Assembly: GCA_001789355.1 (NCBI GenBank)
Contig: MFZI01000023.1
Coordinates: forward strand, 1-33,446
Length of the DNA stretch: 33,446 bases
Source: Candidatus Roizmanbacteria bacterium RIFCSPHIGHO2_01_FULL_39_8
Lineage (GTDB): Bacteria > Patescibacteriota > Microgenomatia > UBA1406 > GWC2-37-13
Direction: 5' to 3'
The position numbers and the translations under genes were made by a program. The notes under the pieces were generated by a model, which worked only from the letters and a program-made list of their open reading frames with translations, searched no databases and had not been told where the DNA came from. How positions within the stretch are numbered: position 1 is the stretch's first letter; every line of letters starts with the position of its first letter. Shown here piece after piece: positions 23,857 to 31,471 of this stretch.

Positions 23857-24957
23857 ATGTCTTCTTCTATCTATTGTTATGATCCGATAGCGGGTGATCC
23901 CTTAAGTAGAGTAAGAGGAGTTGGGAGATATCTTCAGATTCTTCGTGAAAATTTTTCTCATTGGACTTTTGCTAATAAATCGGGAATGAGAAATTCGGAA
24001 TTGAGAATTTTTATCAATCCGTTCTTCAATTTTTTACAACCCCCCTTAAGCATAAGGCGAATCGCAAAAAAACAAGTAGCGATAATTCATGACCTTATCC
24101 CTCTTAAATATCCAGAGCATTTTCCAGCCGGGATAAAAGGCAAAATAAATATTTTTCTTAATAAATTAGTTTTGAAACATTATGACAGTATTGTCACCGA
24201 TTCTGAGGCCAGTAAGAAAGATATTGTGAGAATTTTGGGAATAAATGAAGATAAAGTAAAGGTGATTTATCCCTGCCTTCCCAAAATTTTCAGTAATTCG
24301 AAATTAGTAATTCGTGATTCGGAAAAACAAAAACAAGAAAATCCTAATTACCAATTACCAGTTACTAATTACTGTATCTACGTCGGTGATGCAACCTGGA
24401 ATAAGAATCTGGTCAATCTCGCCCGCGCGATAAAAGAAATCAATGTGACGTGTGTATTTGTAGGAAAAGTATTCAGTAATTCGGAATTAGTAATTAGTAA
24501 TTTGGACAAACAAAATAATCCTAATTACCAATTACCAGTTACCAGTTACTCCAATCCTTGGCAGAAAGAACTCAAACAGTTTATCGAAGAGGCGAAAAAT
24601 GACAAGCGCTTCATATTTCCCGGTTTTATCCCCGATGAAGAGCTGATGACTCTCTACCGAAATGCAAAATGTAATATTCTTGTTTCCCGCGACGAGGGAT
24701 TCGGGTTTTCTTATCTTGAAGCAGCCTCCCAAAGCTGTCCTTCTATTCTCTCGGGCATCCCAACGTTAAAAGAAATTAGCGACTCGAAAGGGGCGCTATT
24801 TGCTCCACCGGAAAAAGTAAGCGATATTGCAAACACTATTGGTGAATTGTATTTTAATCGAGACAAACGGAATACATTGGGAATTGAGGCTGAACGACAA
24901 GCTAGGTACTATTCCTATTCCAAATTTACACATGAGTGGAGTAAAATAGTGATATGA
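23857..24957 (+). CDS. Family 4 (GT-B, group 1) glycosyltransferase carrying two in-frame repeat insertions
   Basis: C-terminal domain FPGFIPDEELMTLYRNAKCNILVSRDEGFGFSYLEAASQSCP (E-x7-E region). Its stop overlaps the next start as ATGA. Confidence 0.85.
   Translation: MSSSIYCYDPIAGDPLSRVRGVGRYLQILRENFSHWTFANKSGMRNSELRIFINPFFNFLQPPLSIRRIAKKQVAIIHDLIPLKYPEHFPAGIKGKINIFLNKLVLKHYDSIVTDSEASKKDIVRILGINEDKVKVIYPCLPKIFSNSKLVIRDSEKQKQENPNYQLPVTNYCIYVGDATWNKNLVNLARAIKEINVTCVFVGKVFSNSELVISNLDKQNNPNYQLPVTSYSNPWQKELKQFIEEAKNDKRFIFPGFIPDEELMTLYRNAKCNILVSRDEGFGFSYLEAASQSCPSILSGIPTLKEISDSKGALFAPPEKVSDIANTIGELYFNRDKRNTLGIEAERQARYYSYSKFTHEWSKIVI
24289..24372 (+). repeat. In-frame word-stutter inverted-repeat element, copy 1
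   Basis: ttcaGTAATTcgaaattaGTAATTcgtgattcgg...aatcctAATTACcAATTACcAGTTACtAATTAC. It encodes FSNSKLVIRDSEKQKQENPNYQLPVTNY. Confidence 0.7.
24472..24549 (+). repeat. In-frame word-stutter inverted-repeat element, copy 2
   Basis: ttcaGTAATTcggaattaGTAATTaGTAATTt...aatcctAATTACcAATTACcAGTTACcAGTTAC. It encodes FSNSELVISNLDKQNNPNYQLPVTSY and starts 183 nt after copy 1. Confidence 0.7.
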
Positions 24958-26462
24958 AAAGGATCTTCTTCATTTTACTTTTCATAATTGGCCTATCTTT
25001 GCAATCAGTTCTTGCACAAGAGGCAACAGATATAAGTCACCTTTTTACTGAACAAAAAGCGAGAGTGAGTTCTCGACAATCACCTTCTCTCCAAATCACT
25101 CCCATTCCATCTGTCGAAACGAGCGATGCCCTACCCACCACAGGAGAATGGAAAGGAAAAGCGATAAAAATAATACCTATAGATCGTTTCTTTCCAGAAA
25201 CAGACCATTTTATCCCCGAAGGAATAAAATCTCTGACAACTTTGAAGGATGGCCGAATCATTGGAGGAGGAAAAGATGCATTTTTTATCAAATTTTCTGC
25301 CGATGTTGCCTGGAAGAACCTTCAACTAGTCGAAATCCCAAATAGTTTTGACTTAGACGGAATACGATTCATCAGGATCGCAGAAACAAATACTTCTTCT
25401 GATATCTATCTTGACGGAGACCTCGGACTCGTAAAGCTGGACAAAAATTATTTTTTGTCAGAGATTGAAGATCCCTTTGATTCTTCTGGACATCTAAAGG
25501 ATTTCAAAGATATGGCAGTAGGCAATAGGGCTCTCGCGGCTTTTAAGAATGGCAATTATGGCTATACCAATGGAGCTCTCTATTTTATACACAAAAATAT
25601 TCTGCGGAAGTGGTTGCTCCCTAGGCCTGATCCAAGCAGAAACTCTGACTCGATCCTCGGAATATTCCATGACGTATCCGCCAATAACAGCCTCTATATC
25701 ATAGTTGGCTGCGAGGCATATGGAGGAATCTGCCCATTTTCAGATCTCGCAAAACAATATCTCGTCAGGCTGCAATTTTCAGCTAATACGCAAGTTCCAC
25801 TTAGTGCAACAAGGCTGACAAAGGTATCGATACCAGAATTTGTATCGGGCCAATATATTTATAAACCTCGTATAAAGCTAAATCCTGACGGCAAAAAGAC
25901 TCTGTACTCAATTCTCAAAACTCCGCAACAAAAGGATCGTCTTGCTGTAATCTACGACTTTAAACCAAACTCTCCACTTCTAGAACTTCATCTGTACTCG
26001 ATCCCCTCCCCATCTGAAAGCGTTGAAGCAATTTTGGATTTTGTCTTAGATAGCGATCCCAACACAGACATCGTATATGCGGTAACGAGCGGACCATCAG
26101 CTCTCTGGGCTATCTCCGATCTAAAACCAAATATTGTTCCTTCCATAGAGTCCATTGCCGAAGTTAATACTCAGTCTTTGACTATGGATTCTTCTAAAAA
26201 TATTATCTTAGGCTTTGGTCCATCTCCGCCAAATACGGCCGCAATAACAATATGGTCAACTGTAGCAAATCCCATAACTCCAACTTCTACAAATGTTTCT
26301 CTCCAAGAGATCCAAATAAACGAAAATGCGCTCGGCTTCAAAATTCCTACATTTAGCCAATTTCTTACATTTGCTATCCGCGGATTTTTTGTACTTGCAG
26401 GTTTACTCGCACTCCTTTTTTTACTCTTGGGGGGGGCTTGCTTGGATTGTTTCAGGGGGTAA
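24954..26462 (+). CDS. Large secreted protein whose C-terminus enters the T4SS-pilin-like module and is then cut short by a frameshift
   Basis: Signal peptide MKRIFFILLFIIGLSLQSVLAQ. From residue about 470, LGFKIPTFSQFLTFAIRGFFVLAGLLALLFLLLGG matches the pilin paralogs, then the sequence diverges (ACLDCFRG*) right after the G8 tract. Confidence 0.75.
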   Translation: MKRIFFILLFIIGLSLQSVLAQEATDISHLFTEQKARVSSRQSPSLQITPIPSVETSDALPTTGEWKGKAIKIIPIDRFFPETDHFIPEGIKSLTTLKDGRIIGGGKDAFFIKFSADVAWKNLQLVEIPNSFDLDGIRFIRIAETNTSSDIYLDGDLGLVKLDKNYFLSEIEDPFDSSGHLKDFKDMAVGNRALAAFKNGNYGYTNGALYFIHKNILRKWLLPRPDPSRNSDSILGIFHDVSANNSLYIIVGCEAYGGICPFSDLAKQYLVRLQFSANTQVPLSATRLTKVSIPEFVSGQYIYKPRIKLNPDGKKTLYSILKTPQQKDRLAVIYDFKPNSPLLELHLYSIPSPSESVEAILDFVLDSDPNTDIVYAVTSGPSALWAISDLKPNIVPSIESIAEVNTQSLTMDSSKNIILGFGPSPPNTAAITIWSTVANPITPTSTNVSLQEIQINENALGFKIPTFSQFLTFAIRGFFVLAGLLALLFLLLGGACLDCFRG

Positions 26463-26640
26463 TAAGGAAAGTGTTGAGAAGGCTCGTGATAAAATCGTGG
26501 CTGCTTTAATAGGAGTCATTATCATGGTGGCAGTCCTTTCTCTAGTTGTTGCGCTGGAACAAGTCGTGTTTAAACAAAGTATTTGCTTTGGGATATCTTG
26601 TCCAATTACTCTTCCTGATCTGCTTAAACCTTCAAATTAA
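26326..26640 (+). CDS. Out-of-frame (+1) continuation of the preceding gene: second half of the pilin-like module
   Basis: From about nt 26430, this frame reads GGLAWIVSGGNKESVEKARDKIVAALIGVIIMVAVLSLVVALEQVVFKQSICFGISCPITLPDLL, collinear with the paralogs at 12446 and 12965. The ATG at 26326 is probably not a real start. Confidence 0.6.
   Translation: MRSASKFLHLANFLHLLSADFLYLQVYSHSFFYSWGGLAWIVSGGNKESVEKARDKIVAALIGVIIMVAVLSLVVALEQVVFKQSICFGISCPITLPDLLKPSN
26429..26436 (+). repeat. G8 homopolymer at the frameshift point
   Basis: ctcttGGGGGGGGcttgc. With 7 G the two frames join to give LLLGGLAWIVSGGNKES. Confidence 0.9.
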
Positions 26641-26684
26641 CTCCTGATAATAATCACCCAGCAAAATATGCTATTCTAGAATTC

Positions 26685-26885
26685 ATGGATCTCCTTACTT
26701 ATTGCGTCATTTCCATCATCTATATTCTACTTATGCACTTTGCAATACAAATTAACGCAGAATTCAAGTTGTTTGTTATGGTTTTGATCTTTTTTTTTGG
26801 AGGAGTCGTTGGTACCTTCTTGCAATCTTATGAATTTGGACTCGTAGCTGCAATCATTATTTCCCAAATCAAGTGGGAAAACTAA
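26685..26885 (+). CDS. Hypothetical small membrane protein (66 aa, two TM segments)
   Basis: Hydrophobic ORF that converges on tatD and overlaps its stop by 4 nt. Confidence 0.4.
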   Translation: MDLLTYCVISIIYILLMHFAIQINAEFKLFVMVLIFFFGGVVGTFLQSYEFGLVAAIIISQIKWEN

Positions 26886-27736
26886 ATAATTGCAAAAAGG
26901 CTTTTTGCATTGGTTGTGGTCGCTTCAATGAGTTGATCCAGGGGAATATTTGTTGTCTTTGCAATAAACTCTGCAATGCGTTTCAAATTCTTTGGCTCGT
27001 TTGGGCCACGAATGTTTCGGGGTTGGGATCGCAAAGGCTCGGGATGAAGGAAAGGAGCGTCTGTTTCTAAAACAAGCATGTTGAGAGGAATTTTTTTTAT
27101 GAATTCTTGTTTATCTTTGCGATAGGTAATGTCACCATCGACCCCGATATACATATTGTGTTCTTTCGCAAAAATAAGGAGCTCTTCATCCGGCTCACAA
27201 CAGTGAAAAACGCTTCTGCCTGCAAGTTTCGGGTCCCATTTTTTACTTAACACGGACAAGGTGTCTGCCTTTGCTTCTCGGTTATGAAGAATCAGGCTTT
27301 TGTCATACTTTTTTGCTAGTTCGATTTGCTCTCTTAGAAATTCTTTCTGCAGTTCGATAAATTCTTCTGTCACCTGATAATTTACATGCCTCGTATTCTG
27401 ATAATAATGCCTATCTAATCCTATCTCCCCCACTGCAACTACTTTAGGATTTTTAACGAGCGCTTCAATTTTTTGAATTTCAGATTTGAGATTTGAGTTA
27501 TAGTTTTGAGTTTTGATATCTGAGTTTTGAACTTGAAAGACGTGGTGCGGGTGGATTCCTACTGTTGCATAGACATATTCGTGTTGTTCAGCAATTTCTA
27601 CCGCGTTTCGTGAAGTCTTCACGTTAGTCCCCGGAACTACAATACGAGTCACGCCAGCATCCTTTGCACGCTGGATAATATCGTCAATATTGGGAAGTAA
27701 CATCTTGAAATTGAGATGACAATGAGTGTCAAACAT
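26882..27736 (-). CDS. tatD: TatD family metal-dependent hydrolase/DNase
   Basis: MFDTHCHLN, VGIHPHH, VAVGEIGLD, ILHNREA, FHCC and VLETDAPFL motifs. Confidence 0.9.
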   Translation of the reverse strand: MFDTHCHLNFKMLLPNIDDIIQRAKDAGVTRIVVPGTNVKTSRNAVEIAEQHEYVYATVGIHPHHVFQVQNSDIKTQNYNSNLKSEIQKIEALVKNPKVVAVGEIGLDRHYYQNTRHVNYQVTEEFIELQKEFLREQIELAKKYDKSLILHNREAKADTLSVLSKKWDPKLAGRSVFHCCEPDEELLIFAKEHNMYIGVDGDITYRKDKQEFIKKIPLNMLVLETDAPFLHPEPLRSQPRNIRGPNEPKNLKRIAEFIAKTTNIPLDQLIEATTTNAKSLFAII

Positions 27737-27740
27737 TCTT

Positions 27741-27833
27741 CATGTAACAGAGAACATATAACATGTAACATTCTAATTCATACTTTCTTTTAATTGTTAC
27801 ATGTTTCATGTTACATGCTACAATGTAAACATG
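27741..27833. promoter_or_regulatory. Array of CATGTAACA / TGTTACATG 9-mers in the divergent tatD-rpiB promoter region
   Basis: Forward copies at 27741-27749 and 27762-27770. Reverse copies at 27795-27803 and 27809-27817. One degenerate copy, ATGTAAACATG, overlaps the rpiB ATG. Confidence 0.4.
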
Positions 27834-28274
27834 ACCATCTTCATCGGTGCCGACCACCGAGGATTTGAGTTAAAAAATAAACTTATCGAATACATTCAGG
27901 AAAAAAATATTCGAGTTGAAGATCTCGGTGCGTTTGAATTAGACCCATTGGATGATAATCCTGACTATGCTCAAAAAGTTGCCCAAACAGTTCTTCAAAA
28001 TCCAAAAGAGTTTTTGGGAATAGTAATCTGCGGATCAGGAAATGGAGTCGCGATGGCTGCGAACCGGTATAAAGGAATCTTTTGTGGGCTTGCCTTTGAT
28101 GTTCACCAAGTCAAACATATGCGTGAACACGATCATATCAATATGCTCGCAATCCCTGCTGACTATATTGATGTTGAGGTAGCTAAAAAATTTATAGATA
28201 TTTTTCTTTCATCCCAACCTAAGCAGGAAGAAAAATATATACGAAGACTTAAAAAAACAGATACTACTCCTTAA
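27831..28274 (+). CDS. rpiB: Ribose-5-phosphate isomerase B (RpiB/LacA/LacB family)
   Basis: MTIFIGADHRGFELKNKLIEYI and ICGSGNGVAMAANR. The track start at 27801 lies within the repeat array and is probably spurious. Confidence 0.9.
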   Translation: MTIFIGADHRGFELKNKLIEYIQEKNIRVEDLGAFELDPLDDNPDYAQKVAQTVLQNPKEFLGIVICGSGNGVAMAANRYKGIFCGLAFDVHQVKHMREHDHINMLAIPADYIDVEVAKKFIDIFLSSQPKQEEKYIRRLKKTDTTP

Positions 28275-29088
28275 CCTGTGAAATTTTGTCGTTTTTTGAA
28301 AAACGCTTTCCCAAAAAGAATCGTATCATTTTTTTATACCTTTCATTCAAGTCAGATACATAGTATTCACGTTTTTTCCCTTTTGCCAACTTTTTTTCGA
28401 GAGCGCTATGTCTCTTGAGATATTCTTTTAGCTTTTGAGCTGTCACTTTTCCCTCGGATAAGATCTTTGTCGATGGCCCGACTAAGGATCGAATTTTTTT
28501 ATCAATTAATCCGTAATGAGTGCATCCTAAAACAAGTGTGTCTATATTTTTTTCTTTAAGCGGCGCGAGATACTTCCGGAGCAGAAGATTTAAACCTTCC
28601 CACTGGACTTCTCCCTCTTCGATTACTGGGACAAGAAGCGGACAGGCATTTTGATATACATCAATTTTGTCATCCAATTTTTTCAGCTCAGCGACAAAGC
28701 TTTTCGAAATTACAGTCGCATACGTTGCCATAATACCAACACGTTTTGAGTTTTTTTCCACAATTGCTTCGACAGTGGGTCGAATTATTCCTAGCACCCG
28801 TCGTTCCGGATAGCAGTGAATAAGGTATTCTCTCTGGATTTTGGGAAGGGATATAGCTGTCGCTGTATTACAGGCGAGAATAACGAGAAGACAGTTTTTC
28901 TTCATTAAAAAATCGACTGCCTTACGGGTATATTCATAAATCAATTCTGCAGATTTTCCGCTGTAGGGAACTCTGGCGTTGTCCCCGAAATAAATATAGT
29001 TGTACTGCGGAAGTTCATCGAGTATGTCTTTTAGAACGGATAAACCGCCTAAGCCCGAATCGAAGACTCCAATAGAAAATGGTTTCAT
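28264..29088 (-). CDS. murI: Glutamate racemase
   Basis: IGVFDSGLGGLSVL, ILACNTAT, LVLGCTHY. Confidence 0.9.
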   Translation of the reverse strand: MKPFSIGVFDSGLGGLSVLKDILDELPQYNYIYFGDNARVPYSGKSAELIYEYTRKAVDFLMKKNCLLVILACNTATAISLPKIQREYLIHCYPERRVLGIIRPTVEAIVEKNSKRVGIMATYATVISKSFVAELKKLDDKIDVYQNACPLLVPVIEEGEVQWEGLNLLLRKYLAPLKEKNIDTLVLGCTHYGLIDKKIRSLVGPSTKILSEGKVTAQKLKEYLKRHSALEKKLAKGKKREYYVSDLNERYKKMIRFFLGKRFSKNDKISQVKE

Positions 29089-29324
29089 GGAGTTTTTTTA
29101 TTTTTTTTCCTTAACCCCAAAAGACTAACAAAAAAGATAATCAAATACATAAAAAATCCGTATACGCAGGCAGGCAATTGGAAGAGAGAGAATGTACTAC
29201 CGCATTGAACTAAAGCATTTTTGCATCCCACGGCAAATAATTCCATATACGATAAATAGCCGGAAAAGAGAAGTCCTGCCAGCGAAAGAATAAAAATTGC
29301 TTTCAGAGCTTTTTCGGGATTCAT
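29085..29324 (-). CDS. Small Cys-containing membrane protein (VKOR-like N-terminal pattern, uncertain)
   Basis: 79 aa, 2-3 TM segments, GCKNALVQCGSTFSLFQLPACVYG. Its stop overlaps the murI start by 4 nt. Confidence 0.5.
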   Translation of the reverse strand: MNPEKALKAIFILSLAGLLFSGYLSYMELFAVGCKNALVQCGSTFSLFQLPACVYGFFMYLIIFFVSLLGLRKKNKKTP

Positions 29325-29340
29325 AGTTTAATTTTTTGCG

Positions 29341-30018
29341 TCACTCTTTTGCTGAAGATACCATCTTTTGGAAAGCCTTTATGTTATTTATTGTTATCTT
29401 GTGGCGCAAATAGCTTATTGCTTTTTCTTTTTGCAGCTTTTCCAGCTCGCGGCTTGCTGTCTCGCGGCTTATTCCCGCAAAAGATGCGATATCACGATGA
29501 GTAAAGGCTTCATTTAACTTCGCTACATTTCCTTTTTTTTCACCGAAGTGTCTGGACAAAAAAAGGAGCGCGGATATGATTTTCAGCTTTGCATTTCCAT
29601 TCGTAAGATTTTCTATACGTAGAATCAATTTATCCAGTCCGAGAAGGAGTCTTCTTGAGAGATCAAGAACTACATCGGGTTCTTTTTTCAAAAAATTAAC
29701 CAATTCTTCTTTGGGAATAATATAGAGTTCAGCCGGAGTAATAGTTTCGTAAAAGTACCTGTTTTTTGTCTTACTTATGATTGCAAGCATGGGAAAATAA
29801 GATCCTGGGGCAAAAATATGCAGAGTCAGCTCAACACCCTGGGGTGAAAGTGCATATTCGCGGACATATCCCTTTTTGAGATAAAAGGCTTCTTCGGGTG
29901 TTTCTTCAGCATCGATAAGTATGCTTCCTTTTTTTAACACTTTTTTCGTGAAGCGCGAAAAAAATTTCTCAATTTTTTGAGTCAGATTAGAGGGCATAGG
30001 ATCAGTGCAAGTATACAT
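29341..30018 (-). CDS. Crp/Fnr family transcriptional regulator
   Basis: cNMP-binding-like beta-roll (FYLKKGYVREYALSPQGVELTLHIFAPGSYF) and C-terminal HTH (THRDIASFAGISRETASRELEKL). The start is uncertain: ATG at 30018 or 29997. The track start at 30138 is an extension. Confidence 0.8.
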   Translation of the reverse strand: MYTCTDPMPSNLTQKIEKFFSRFTKKVLKKGSILIDAEETPEEAFYLKKGYVREYALSPQGVELTLHIFAPGSYFPMLAIISKTKNRYFYETITPAELYIIPKEELVNFLKKEPDVVLDLSRRLLLGLDKLILRIENLTNGNAKLKIISALLFLSRHFGEKKGNVAKLNEAFTHRDIASFAGISRETASRELEKLQKEKAISYLRHKITINNIKAFQKMVSSAKE

Positions 30019-30296
30019 CTCCTTTTGTAAGATTTCAAATATAATATAACGATTAGTAGAAAACATGAGATAATTGTGCAAAATATGAGCGTGGATTCTG
30101 ACCCTTCTCGTCGCGGTGGATCTCGAGAGCCAATACATCTTAATTGGTTTATAGATGTTTGGCTATATCTCCTTTCACTAAAATCTACTCAGAATCAAAA
30201 AAAAACAGGTAGTTTTTTACCACTAAGTAGTCAACCTCCAACTAGGCCTGATAGTCAAAGACATCCTTTTCGTGATGATTTTGGTGCAGCAGATGA

Positions 30297-31388
30297 TTAA
30301 ATTATTTTAAAATATTTGCCTTCCTGATTTTTTTCCACAGCTCCCTTTATCTCAAAAATGGAAAGAATGTTAAGAATTTTTTCTATCGGCAATTTGGTTT
30401 CTTGGATTAACTCATCTGAAGATTTTGGTCCGTCTTTAAGTGAAGAGTAAACAACTTTTTCATCTGGCTCTAATTCTGACTCTACGTCTTTGCTCTCTTT
30501 TGGAACTCGTCTCAGATTAAATTCTTCAAAAATATCCTCTACCGATGTGACAAGTTTCGCTCCTTGTTTTAACAGATTATGAGGAGCTTCTGACATCTTT
30601 GAGGTCAGAAGACCAGGCAGTGCAAATACATCTTTTCCCTGTTCTGCCGCATATCTGGCGGTGATCATTGCTCCCGAATCTCTCGCTCCCTCTATAACAA
30701 GTACTCCTAATGATAATGCAGAGATTATTCTATTTCGGGCAATAAAAAGTCCTTTAACCACGGTCTGCCCCGGGGGAAATTCGGATATAATGAGCCCCTC
30801 TTTCTCAATTATTTTGTAATACAAGGAAGAGTTTATGGCAGGATAGATGATGTCTACCCCGCAGCCTAAAACTGCAACCGTCCTGCCGCCCGAATTAATG
30901 CATGCTAAGTGAGCTGCAGCATCGATCCCTATTGCAAGTCCGGAAACAATAATAAATCCTCCTTCCGTTAATTCTGCCGAAAACTTCTTTGCCATCTGTT
31001 GACCGTAGCTCGTTGGCTCTCTGGTTCCGACGATCGCCAGACATGCGTATGTATCAAATGGAAATGACTCAATTTTTCCTTTTATATAGAGACAGAGTGG
31101 AGGGTCCGAAATTTCTTTAATTTTTTTGGGGTAAACCTTATTATTGAATGGAATTACGGAAATATGTTTTCTTTTTAATTCTTCAAGTTTTTTAACCGGA
31201 TCAAATTTTTTTCGAAATTCTATAAACTTTTCTCCCCAGTTGTTTCCGATGATTTCTTTTATTTTAGCCCTGTCACCTTCATAAGATTTTTTAACACTCC
31301 CGAAATGATTTAAAAGAGCGGTGAACCGGGTAGGCCCGATTCCTAAAAAATGTGAAAAGCCGAGATAGTAATAAACATCATCTGACAT
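30297..31388 (-). CDS. dprA: DNA-processing protein A (Rossmann-like DNA-binding, competence-associated)
   Basis: AIVGTREPTSYG, SGLAIGIDAAAH, GVLVIEGARDSGAMITARYAAEQGKDVFALPG and a C-terminal wHTH-like tail. Confidence 0.9.
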   Translation of the reverse strand: MSDDVYYYLGFSHFLGIGPTRFTALLNHFGSVKKSYEGDRAKIKEIIGNNWGEKFIEFRKKFDPVKKLEELKRKHISVIPFNNKVYPKKIKEISDPPLCLYIKGKIESFPFDTYACLAIVGTREPTSYGQQMAKKFSAELTEGGFIIVSGLAIGIDAAAHLACINSGGRTVAVLGCGVDIIYPAINSSLYYKIIEKEGLIISEFPPGQTVVKGLFIARNRIISALSLGVLVIEGARDSGAMITARYAAEQGKDVFALPGLLTSKMSEAPHNLLKQGAKLVTSVEDIFEEFNLRRVPKESKDVESELEPDEKVVYSSLKDGPKSSDELIQETKLPIEKILNILSIFEIKGAVEKNQEGKYFKII

Positions 31389-31471
31389 AAAAATACACTG
31401 AGAGTAGCAGAAACGCCGACAATTGTCTGTAGACTATAAGCGACAAACTTAGATTATCAGCTGTTAGTCTA

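Noticed and set aside
24289-24549. CRISPR-like or minisatellite array.
   Set aside because: There are only two copies, they are internally palindromic, both are translated in frame inside a glycosyltransferase, and there are no cas genes.
27751-27764. Cheo/LexA-box-like GAACATATAACA in the tatD-rpiB spacer.
   Set aside because: The second half-site is AACA rather than GTTC, and the similarity is a by-product of the CATGTAACA word array.
30076-30300. 74-aa plus-strand ORF between the crp-family gene and dprA.
   Set aside because: It overlaps the 5' end of the Crp/Fnr ORF in antisense and the dprA stop. The peptide is low-complexity and Ser/Pro/Arg-rich.
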